64,000 bases of DNA from contig NC_134028.1 of NCBI RefSeq assembly GCF_964204645.1, forward strand, positions 4,402,001-4,466,000, given 5' to 3'. Positions 48,480 through 60,210 of the stretch are shown piece by piece. The DNA is from Tubulanus polymorphus. Its lineage: Eukaryota; Animalia; Nemertea. How positions within the stretch are numbered: position 1 is the first letter of the stretch; each line of letters begins with the position of its first letter. The position numbers were made by a program, and so were the translations under genes. The notes under the pieces were generated by a model that searched no databases, was not told the origin of the DNA, and saw only the letters and a program-made list of their open reading frames with translations.

Positions 48480-48730
48480 GGTTAAAGTTTCACTTCCGGG
48501 TCATGGAACGAATGGGTTCGAGTCCCGTGGTTTTAAAACAATTTTGTTGATATTTACTTTGCAATATCATATAGCGCTAAATTACACCTTTAGCACATTC
48601 ACGTTATTCTGAATTATTGTTCAATTCCATCTAATGAAATTTTAATTAGTTCCAATAAATAAGGGACTCGAACCTGGGACGGGATTCTGCGGAACTGAAA
48701 CGAGCATCCACTACCGTACACAGCCATTTG
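48480..48730. promoter_or_regulatory. RPS2 / divergent-gene promoter with an ETS-type CACTTCCGG and two inverted B-box motifs
   Basis: CACTTCCGG at 48491-48499, GGTTCGAGTCCC at 48515-48526 and its reverse complement at 48663-48674. Confidence 0.55.
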
Positions 48731-49364
48731 CTGTGTGAAGAATTTTTGTGCAGTAATCTTTCTGCAAAAACACCGTTCTGACTGACTCCCCATCAGTAAT
48801 ACCGCTGTCAGGATGGACTTAACGTTGAATTTATCCCGTGTATGTAATATTTAGATTTAAATGTCAAGCCAATATTTAGCTTAGAGACTTAAGAGAGCAA
48901 ACAAAACGAAAGTGCCTGGACAGAAGACCGAAAACTTTTGACAGCCAGTCACAGCAGAGCTGAGGGAAGAGCAAGCACAGAGTCAGCAAACTGGAGATAT
49001 GACCCGGGGGCGGGGGTATAAATGGAATGAACTGACAGCCCTATGTTAGAATGCCAATTCCTTCCATTTGGTTATGTACTATGTAGGCCTGACTGACAAT
49101 TTGAAATGATAATCGTACTGCTGAATCAGTAGGGAGTATCAATCAGTTTTGTCCTGTTGTTAGAGTTCTTCATGTTCTCGCCTGACATACATTCATTACT
49201 CACTCAAGTGTATGAACAATGAGGGTTCATGTGGGTTCTTAAACAACCAGCCGAGATACAAATCTTTAATATATTTGTAAAACCCCCTTTTTGTTGGATT
49301 TTTTTATGAATAATATGTAACTTTATTCATTTAGACCGAGAACTGATAAAAAGGAAGTAAGAAG

Positions 49365-52300
49365 ATGATGGAAACTGGAGGGGAGCCCGAACCCGAGGTA
49401 CGTAACAGACTTTAGAAAGTGAATAAACTTTCCAATAAGGAGAGCTGTTTTAATCAGTGAGAGAGCTGTCAAATCTGTAAATGCAAGTGCAAAGCAAAAT
49501 ACTTTGAAGATTAACTTGATTTAATGAAATAAAGTTAGTCCACAAAGTACTATATGTCTCTAGATTAACTTTCTAATGCATTAATTTATTTTCATTCAGA
49601 GGGAGCCTCTCCAGTTCGAGATCAACTTGGACAATGTTCCGCTTGAAATGGGTGACATGATGCGCAAGATCAAAAAGGTTTGAATAAACTTCATGCATGA
49701 AACGACAGTATCTCATGTGTCAACTCTCAACTGACTCTATTGTATTTACAGGTGTCTGAGAAGTTGCTCTATCATTGGAAAACATTTCCAATTGTTTTAC
49801 CACATTCCATCACAGAGAATATGATTGAGGCTGTGGGAAACGAGGTCAGTAGGTCAATCTACATTTCAGCACCATTCGATTAATGTGATACCGGCATCAC
49901 CAGATGGCGCAACAAAACACTGGGTCCAGTTCCACAGTTCCAAGTTAAAATTTGACCCTGAGTTAACTCATCGAAAATGAACTAACTTTAACTCGGAGTT
50001 AACTCTAACTCACAACTGTGGAACTGGGTCCAGGATCGTTCTTAATGCAATCAGATTTTTCGGGGAATTTTGTATAATATCTTAAAGTCAGGGAAATATG
50101 TTGAGATTGCTAGATGGCCCATAAAATCAAACAGTTTCCAACAATGTCGATGTGTTGATTTGATCGGATTCTTAGTAGAGGGAAACAACGACGTGTCCCT
50201 GGCTGGTCCCAAATAAAAGTGGCCACCCTGTAATCTTCTCCGCGTTGATTTTCAGAATGCAAAGATCAGTTTTAAAGATTTATTCGTCGCTCCGACGTTT
50301 GATGAATTGGAAGAAGTCGCGACAGACGCAAACGGTGAACTCAAAAAACTAACTGATAAACAACTGAACGATGTGAAATTTCACGGGTAAACATTAATAA
50401 ATCAATTCAACATTTATCTAGTTATGATGTTTGACTGGGAATGTTTATTGATTTGAAAATATTTTTTCTCGAATTTCAGCGAATTCGACGTGGAGAGTAT
50501 CCATTTTCCAGGTCAAGTTCACCGATGGCATCTGTCGGAACTAATTCAGAAAGGTACAATCAGATCTAGAGACTCATTGCTCCATGTAAGTATCAATCAA
50601 ACTTAACTCGAAATTACCATGAACAATCTCTTTGAATGTTACATAATCTCTATGAATACCGGTATGGTAGACTATGTTTATCCCTAAGTCCTTAGGTTCA
50701 GATTATCGCATGCTTTGCACAATATATTACACATTTTCTTACCCCAATTGATCATATTTGACAACCCATCCTTGCTCTGACTGCCCAGGAATTTGTGTAT
50801 TTCTGAGCGGATTTCATGGGCCCATGAGATTTGAGGCAAGCTACTGTATTCCTCAAAAAGTCCTCGCATTCAGAGTGACTAGTTAGCGGTATTTGATCCC
50901 TGTAGCTTGATTTCTATGAAACTCACGGATTCTTTGTAATATATCTATACTTACATTTGATGTGTTTTTCAGGACACAGCCCTCGCTGTTCGAATAGTTT
51001 GTATAACTGCTCGAAATCGATTTTACTCACATTTCTTCAGTCTGTCCGAATCGCTGAAGTCAATCGCTAAAGGCTTGTGGCAATTGTTAGGTACGTAAGC
51101 CGAACAGGGTTCTCACGGATCAAGGAATTCCCGATTTATTTTTCCATTCAGTTGAATTGATCAAAACTCTCTGATCTTCTCTTGATGCATTTAATCACGA
51201 TGATCATTTGATTTTTATGCAGATATTTTGATCGGTATGCCATCGACGACACCAGGCGATCTACTAGCTAAAATTAGAGAAGAAAGAATGAAATATTTGA
51301 TAGCAGAAATGGATATCAAAGTATGTTTACCTTCACAGTCATGAACAACCAGTTCTACTGTTTTAAATTTGACCCAGGCCACTTACCTTGAAGTCAGGGA
51401 ATGTTGTAAAAAAAAGCTAAGAACCAGGGAAAAGTCGGGGAAATTTGTTTGCTAGATAGCGGCTAAGTTTTACGTATTTGACTGTGTTAAATCATTGGAT
51501 TCTTAGCAAATCAAGTCAGCGAAAACAAGGTGCATGCCACGGAAAAGGCAAATAAGATAGAAGCGGCCCTGTTGAGGATCGCAAATCTGGACTCGACTTG
51601 AAGTGGCTTTAATTGCGCAATATTGTCCATTTTCAGGGACTGTGTAAGGTAGAGTGGACGCAATTTTGCGAATACGTACGGGAGAAAAGTAAACAACTCG
51701 AAGCTGAGAAGCACAAGACAGCCGATCTGCGACCTCCGCCAGTGCCGTATCTGTTTCAGACGCCGAAAGGATTCGATATCGATTTACGTCTGTTTAACAA
51801 AGATATCATGAAGAAATGTATGCAATATCTGAAAGAGATTCTTGAACGGGAAGCGAAAGGATGGTTTTTACAGTTTAAAGACAATCTAATGACAGAACTA
51901 CGAGGTACATTTACCAATGATCTAATCCGTATCAACTTAACAAAACAGTCCCACAGTAGAAATCTATGGGATAAAATTTTGAAGATTCATTTTAAACAAA
52001 ACTACAACATTTCATCATTTTGTTTCTGGTCATTTCACCTGATGATGGCTGTTAGTCGACGGCTGAAATATTGCACTTTCTATTCAGTTTTATTTCTATT
52101 CAGGATTCCTATGCATGAATACATTGTTTTATTCTGTGACAAATTGTGAACTGAACTAAATCATGTGAATTTTTCATTTTAGGAAAAAGTTTGTCTCCCG
52201 ATGAAATCACTGAGGTTCGACATCATTTCCATATATCCCGTGCTGCATAGATAAAATCCGTTTGTGACTTATTTTGTATTTATTTCAGAAACTGAATGAA

Positions 52301-55300
52301 GAGATAATGGCCGAGTATTTACGTCGTGTTTATACCGCTATCGTTGAAAGCGATGATATAGAAAGTATTTCGCCCGGAATAGGTAGATCTTCCCACTTCT
52401 TATTAATACAGTAGACTCCGCTTGCCTCTGATCTTACGGAACCCAAATCTGACAATCCATGAATTGAAGTAAGGAAATTTCTAATTTATTGTCAGATAAT
52501 GTGATATTCGAAGGCAATCAGGGGTGACAGAGTCTACCGTACGTAATTTCGATTTTGAAGCCTCTTGAAAGTTGACTTCATGCACCGGTTATGATTTTTC
52601 AGGTCAGATGCTTGTGAGTCAAGCAAAATGCGTTCTTATTATGAGTAAAGCTGCTGAAAATGTAAAAATAAAGATGCAAAAACATCAAACTGAGGTATAT
52701 AGTGAACGACAGTGTCATCTGATTGATTGAGCTCATTCTACGGTAGTAATCATTACACCGAATTCAATCTGTTTTTCAGCTCAAAAGTCATCTAGTCAAA
52801 ACTTATCCAGTCAGATCTAAGATCAAGGCCTGGGTGAACGAGAGGTTGAACGAATTTGAGGTTCGTGCATTTCTCCGACGATATCCAATTTTCATTTTGT
52901 CGGTGGATTCTGTATTTTTTGCTCATCTGTTTTTTTTCAGAGGGAATTTATCTCGCAGAACTTGTGGTCAGTTCACGAGGAAGCGATTCAGAAATGTAAA
53001 GATGCTCAACTCGATCAGGCTGTTTACTTCCTCAATCGAGACTTGAATTTCATGAGAGAGGTAGAAATTAATGAGAAATAGTGAACCAAATAACAGATTC
53101 AAGGGTTCTTACAAATCAGGGAATATCAGAATTATTTTCCCAGCAGAGAAAATAAGGAAATTTTGACTAGTCTTGGAAAGTCATGGAATTTGAATTTCCA
53201 GTGTCTTGTTCTTGCTGGTGACGAGTGGCGCAAAGAACCTGATAAGAAACGCAACTCATTGAGGATATCTAATATAATTAATCAGCAAATTTTTGGTCAA
53301 GGATCAGGGAAATATCAGGGAATTTTAGTATCCCAGATTTGTAAGGACCCTGAATAACAATCCTGTTCATTATTCCTTGAACTCGATATGTATATTTGAT
53401 GTATATTTTCTTCTATAGCGAGAACCGATATTATGTAAAGAACTGAGTAAAGTGCGTAATCCAACTCGAGAATATACGTTTCATATGAGAATCTGGATGC
53501 CGTATAATTGGATCATTAGACGACAACTTCACGGCGAATCAGAGGTCATTCAAACCGTTGTCATGGAAACGCCGACTGCTATAACGCAGCCTCGATCTGA
53601 CCCTAATCTGGTAAGCGATGCGGTGATCAATGTTCTTCGTATGATTCTAGAAGGGCTACATTCATTTGTGAGTGTATAACCATTTTACACTTACAAGAAT
53701 GAATGCAGCCCCTCTAAAACTCTTTTGTAGCAAAGCATTTGGTCTCCTCAAAAATATAGAAAATTCAGCTTGATTCTGATGTAATCTGCTGCTATCAGTC
53801 ACATTAACTCACTACTTTATAAAGCAATAATTATTCTGAGCAATGATAGAACATTGAGCCTAGGGAATATAGATATCAAATCACATGGCGGGTGGCCAGC
53901 CTTTTAAAACCTCTGGTGAACTCACACTGTTTTTACAAGTCGTTTTTATAATGATGTTAAACGCAGTCAATAGTAAGCTTTCAGTAATAAGGGAAGTTGA
54001 TTAGGAATATTGTAGTTATTGGCATGCTAGTCCGATGTAAAAATGTGTAGCAGGTCTTTTCAATTTCTACTTCATACAAGGTTACCGTAATTCTTGTGTC
54101 CAAATCTGGTGTCCCCGCTGTAGCATTTTTCTAAGTGTTAGAAACACGGTCTGTTCACATCAGTTCCGTAATTCCGTATATAACGGATTGAACTATCTTC
54201 ATCTGCCCTGTGCATGTTTGTTATCACTTCGCTATCATAAAAACAAACGAATTTTCGCGAGCATAAAACTTTGAAACCTATGCATGTGACACATGGCAGT
54301 TTTGGGTTTAGATTTCTCGGGTTTTATTTCAGCGTAGTCGACTTGCGGTGACCCGGTTCACGAATCTACTAAACTAGCATTATCTCCCTATCCTGAACCT
54401 TTCAGAGCATGAGAACTTTAAGATAATAATGGTTTAGTTATCGGCGTTGTTCTTTCCTGTATATAGGCATCATCCCCAGCAGGAAGCTCAGTTGCAGTAG
54501 TCAGTCAACCTGCTGCTGTTAAAGTATGTAATTTAGTGCTATATTATCAATGTAGGGCTCTTGTTTATATATATATGATTGAAATGCTGCATGCGGACAT
54601 CGCTTACTCTGGTACTCGCGATGCTACTCATTCGATTGATTTCCTTTCGTTTCTTCTTTTTCGCTCGGAGGATTTTTGAGAAAGCTTTTTAAAGTGTTGT
54701 CGATTAGATAGAGAGACTGTGTAGAGTATATTAACGATGTCTCGTGTAAAGAGGTTTAGGGCCCATATATCTGTTCCTTTCTTACGTACTTTTTGCCTGC
54801 GGTTAGAGATATTTAATGAATACTGTATTCAACTATTCGTTCTATGTTAATGATTAAAGCATGCTGCTGTAAGTCGTTTCTCCCAGAATCTGTTTGTATG
54901 ATTTACTACGTCTGCCGTTGCTGTTGTCCGATGGTTAGAATGATCCAGAGCATGTTCCATGTATTCGTACTCTAGAAGTATCACACGAGAAGCTGTAAAT
55001 CCCGGTGTATTTATCGCGGACCCGAGTGAAATCATATACGTATTAGTTGTTATTCGTTAACGGTTGATTTTGCTATATTTATTTTCAGCCGACATTTACT
55101 GTAGATAAACACATTAATCGGAGAATATCTAGTCGTTATCCGTTCTGGAGGTGGATGGCTTATATGCAACGAACTTGGTCGTGGATGTGGAATGCTATGT
55201 TTTGGTTGGGGGTACGTACACGTTTGTACCTGAGATATCGTTAATGAACCGATGACAAGTTGTGAAATTGAGCCAGACCCAAACTTGGTCTTGAAGATTG

Positions 55301-58300
55301 AAGTTAGATGATGAATATTTTTTTTTCAGTTGATAATACCGTGGTGCAGTCCAGTGAGTTTGCGTGCTCTTATTCTAACAAAACCATTCATGCCAGATTT
55401 AGAACTTAGTCAAGTCAATGTAAGAGAACATTTAATCACTTTCACTGCGTATCTTATTTGGTGATCACCGTAATGACGAGTGATGCTTTATTTCAGGGTG
55501 CGCTTTGTCCAAAAGTATCTTGTAAAATAGAGACGTTGGTTACAAGATTGCGTATGTTGTGGACTCACATTCGTGAAGCAAGAACAAAATTTGAAAATGA
55601 ACCGGATACAGGTATACCAGAAACCCGTTTCTGCAATCACCTTCGCCTTTTACTACTCAAATTCAAATCAGGAAACTGTTCGTACTTAAATGAACGATCC
55701 AACAATTGGTGATACGTTAGATTTATCAGTCTCAACAATTTTGAGATTTGTCATAATCACTTCTTTAGAAAAACAGTATTATTTACTGTTTCTCTGAAGA
55801 TTGGATTTAGATAAATTTCGAAACTGTTAAAATGATAAATACAAGTTATTATTACGTTCATTATCGTCAACATTGAGAATACATCAGTTTATCCGACGGA
55901 TAGTACTTGGAGATTAACTGATTTCATCAGAAATTACGATTTTCGGCTACTACCACACAGTAGCTTCATCAGGAAAATTAGCTGCTATGCTACTTTGCGC
56001 GATGAAGCAACTATCCACTACGAGGAAAACTTCTATAAGTAAACACCTCCCTAAACGAACGCTATTTGCCTGGTGCCAAAATGGTGCTGTATGATGAAGC
56101 TATTACGCACTAGGAGTCTTTGTGGTATCTGATAAAATCGGGTTAATCTACAAAGTGCTAGCTGTTTTCTCGTTCAATTTAACACCAAGCAGCTCCTCTT
56201 CACTACGCGGTATCCTCTAATGCTTTTGATTGCAGGTTTCCTTGGTAAAAGTTTTACGCGTCATGTAAATAGAATCTGGAATTTCGTGTGTAAAGGTGCC
56301 TTCGGAAGTGTCGGTCTGGTGTTGTTTTTTCCGCCGGTGTGTTTGTTATCATCGTTACTGTCTCTTTCTGTCGCTGCTTTAACTCCGCTCTGGTGAGATA
56401 CGAAAAATCTATTCACGATCAAATCGTCGTATCTTAACCACGAATTTTACCGTGATTTATGTTTATATTTGACAGGATGCCTCTAGTCACATTTGTAGTT
56501 CACGTGTCAGCATTTCTGCTCTATGACTTCGACAATCCTCGTAAGTTTATAGAAAGAGTCCCTATACTCCCTAAAAACTCTTTACATCCAGGAATGACCG
56601 ATTTGTAGGGACCCTGATATCTGATTGAATGCCGCTCTGGTACAGCTTTAACTCTATATTTCCTATGCGTTATTTATAGGTGTGAATTCGGACCGTAATA
56701 GCATTATGATAATGTTTGAGGCAATAATCTGGCGACTTCTCATACTCGGATTTATCCAACCAATAGGTGCTTTCATAGCGGGGACTATTTGTTGTCCTAT
56801 TGCTACTTGTTTCGTTCAACTTGGTAAGTGTCGTCATTGTGCTCGATGTCCTGGTTGCACAGTCGTGACTTATTTCCAAAAGTGGTGTTAAATCCTTAAG
56901 TTGTTAGATTGCAGCTCATTGTAGAACTAAGATGCTTTTAAAGACTGGTTTTAAATCAAAGCCATGATTGCAACTGGCTGACTGGCAGTCGTGATTGATT
57001 AAGTTTAAAGTGGTCTTATATCTTAAGACTGATCTTAAGTTGTTAGATTGTAGCTGTAGAATTAAGATGCTCTATAAGACTGGTTTTAAATCTAAGCCAT
57101 TACTGTGTGACTGGCCGTTCGTGAATTGTTTCATCTGCTGTTCTTGGAGAATAATGTCGGGTATATTTCAGGTGCTGTCGTTCGTTACGGAGGAAGACGT
57201 GTTTTGGATGCGATTATGTTTCACGCTGTTATCAGACGATTGGGTCGAGTTCCATCTAGCGACGGTTTCGTCGCGCGCAGAGTTCAAGGTCCCGGCTTAG
57301 CTTCGAATTTCTATTACCAGGTCAGTATTACGAGTTTTTCCGTATTGGAACAAAAGTTTACTGCGAAATTACGACGCCGATTATTTTTTCATTCAGATCC
57401 GACCCGAGCAAGCACTCGCCGCATTAGAAGCTAAGATGGAACTGCAAGAACTGAATGCCTGGGGTTCAAATGTACGAAAACTAGTCGAAAAACCAGTTGA
57501 TGCCTATAGGTAACTGACTTGCAGTTTGTAATAAAATCTATGTATAACTCCATGAAATTGTTGCTCATCTTTCTTCCCGCCTTGCAGAGATTTTGTAAGC
57601 AAGAGTTTTGGTTCGTTTTCTGCCACGTTGAGTCGACAAGGTGTCTTTGAAACTTTAGACAACGAAACCAAACTATTACAACAAGACCTAGCTCGCTGCA
57701 TAGAAGAGTAAGTCTTATATAGGCCTACAATGAAATTACGTGTAAATTAATTGAGCCTTGGATTACCTTTAGCTGACAGAATTTTATGATGATTCTTCTG
57801 TGATTTTCACTTTTTCAGAAGGTCTAACAAGCTCCACACCGGTTTAACTCCATCTATAAAAACTAAAGTCAAGTTAACTACTAAAGATATCAAGGTATGT
57901 GATATTTCTGACTAACCAGGTAACATGTCAGTTCGTAATTGAATGGTTATCAATATTTCTCTCTGTCTTTCTGCATACACAGATGGTTATAGCTCAAGCC
58001 ATGCAACTTGTACAGAACTTCTACCCACAGCATGTGATCAACAGACTACCGATGTCTGAAGAAAACTTCTGGGAGAGTAAAAATCTCGAATTCAGAGATT
58101 GGAAAGGTAACATCATGATAATAATGATAACTCGTTATGTCTCGCGCTGAAAGCTTTCTTGATGAAATCAGGTAAAAAATTACTATTCTTTTTTCAGGCC
58201 TAACTTGCCAACTATTAGGTGATATATTTTCTTCCGCTTTCCTCACGCCTCTTGAAGAAACTGATAAGACTTTCTTTCTAGAGGTAGGAAACATTCTAGA

Positions 58301-59900
58301 ATCATTCGATATTTCAACCATTTTGCTTCAAAAATACTGAAACGATTGTTCATTATTTGTGCGTTTCAAGGTCCAGCATTTAAATCTTATTAAATATGTG
58401 AATATGCTGAAAACTTTGGAACTTCGAGACGACTTAGATGTTGTAAATGCCATCCATACCCCGAAAGGTAAATTCTGTCAATTTTTATCATAAATTAAAA
58501 TCGCAAGACGCGAAGTTTCGAACTCTGTAGAGATCATCGTCAAGTGTGAATAAAATGACTAAAGCTACGGGAAGGGAGAACGAGTTAATTGAGTAGAGTA
58601 GATTTCACATTGGTAATTAGTCACTTATTCAATCTGAATAATTATCTATACTTCCAATAATTACTCTAATTGCCACAAGTTGAATCTGCCCTAATTACTG
58701 ATCACTCCGATATTAGCACGAATTTAAACAATGGTTATTCTCCTCATAATTCTCTTCTTTTGAAGTATATTACTTCACTTGAACGTAACATTGAGGTTGT
58801 TATTTTTGAAGGTGAATTAGACATCATGGCACCATTCCTCGAGGCGTCGGTGTTCGACCCGCGGAGACAATCGCAAGATTACTCCGAGTTGGTGCGTCGA
58901 TCACGTCGAAAATGGCCGTGGAAAAAACCGCTTCCATCGCATAGCGACCTACAAAAACTGGAGATTCCACCCCCTGTACCACATCCCACATTGATAGCTA
59001 TAACTATATACAATAGGTAAGACTTACAAATATATTGCTTAAAGGGTCAGGGGCCTGGCACATTATTGTGTTTATGACCAAGGAAAGAGCCATTACATAA
59101 CGATATGTAATGGTATGCTACCTAGAATTAAGTTGTCGCTAGGCCTTGACCAGCTGCTAGGGAGTGTGAAGGACAGTTTCTATTCTGACTATGGCATATG
59201 AATGTCTCCCAGGTTTCATGCAAAACTAGAGATAGAAACACATTCCAAAAATAATTCATTAGAACAGATTTTGACCTAGTGTGAGATGGATGAAATATTC
59301 ATGAACTGTTACGTTCTCAAGACAAAGGTTAGAAAGATTTTCCTGACCCGAACGTGGTAGGGTTAGAAATAGAAAGAAGTCCAATTTTGGCAACACTTAG
59401 AAATCAATATTTTTCAATCACGAAAATCGCAACTTGACTTTAATTATGAACATGTTTTTTGGCCGCTAGAGGGCGCAGCTTTCATTGAATTGGTCGTATT
59501 TTACAGAGAACACGATCAGCATCCGATAAAAGCAGAAGATGCGACGATTTTCGCGAGGATAATGAGAGCTGCGGAAAAAGTGCAATATTACTCACCAGAC
59601 GACGATGAAGACGATACCGTCGATCCGGAGGATATAGAGGCGAGTACTCCAGATCATACAACCGTCTCCGATCCGGACGTCGCTGTCTCACACCTCGCCG
59701 TGCAAGAACGCGCCTTCTCCGAGGACAATATGCGTTTACACGGAGAGACGCCGAGCGAGGGGTCGCGTCGCGACTCGGACAGCGTGCAGCCGGTGGTTCG
59801 ACGCGACTCGTACACCGTCGTACCGATCTACTCGGAACGTGCCGGCGATAACAGCTGCGTCGTCCAACTAGATCAACAAGAAGAGTCGACTCAAGTGTAG
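49365..59900 (+). CDS. Large (>1000 aa, about 29 exons) uncharacterised protein with a central multi-TM region
   Basis: Continuous in-frame GT-AG splicing from MMETGGEPEPE|REPLQFEINL through KLLYHWKTFPI, YPFWRW...WNAMFWLG, hydrophobic helices and GRVPSSDGFVARRVQGPGLASNFYYQ to an acidic last exon that stops at 59900. The true start may be further upstream. Confidence 0.88.
49922..50031. mobile_element. About 110-bp MITE in an intron
   Basis: TIRs GGGTCCAGTTCCACAGTT / AACTGTGGAACTGGGTCC. Confidence 0.7.
56896..57115. repeat. Imperfect direct duplication of about 85 bp in an intron
   Basis: CTTAAGTTGTTAGATTG...AAGATGCT...AAGACTGGTTTTAAATC..AGCCAT occurs at about 56896 and 57035. Confidence 0.8.
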
Positions 59901-59989
59901 CATGACTCCCGGTAGTCACAGCGCGGAAACCATCGCATGGACTTACTGCGTAATATACAAATTGGAAGCATTTAACATCTCTAAAATGA

Positions 59990-60210
59990 GCCATAGCTGT
60001 ATGGTTGTTTAAAATCAATCATAGTTATGTCTGTATTGCTGTCTAACATCAGCCATAGCTGTGTGGTTGTTGGATATAGTATCAATCATAACTGTTTGAA
60101 TCTGACTGTTTGTCAGATACGGTATCAGCCATAGCTGTACAGAACTTGTCTAACATCAGCCATAGCTGTGTGGTTGACTAACATCAGCCATAGCTGTGTG
60201 GTTGACTAAT
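59990..60210. repeat. Minisatellite of about 27 bp (AACATCAGCCATAGCTGTGTGGTTGACT) just 3' of the large gene's stop
   Basis: AGCCATAGCTGT core seen five times. Confidence 0.88.

Noticed and set aside
48661-48725. tRNA gene on the minus strand
   Set aside because: A/B-box-like motifs are present but the acceptor and anticodon stems do not pair.
59482-60018. 178-aa Arg-rich minus-strand ORF, and similarly 48018-48245 on the plus strand
   Set aside because: Antisense shadows of GC-rich real exons (last exon of the large gene and the RPS2 RG repeat).
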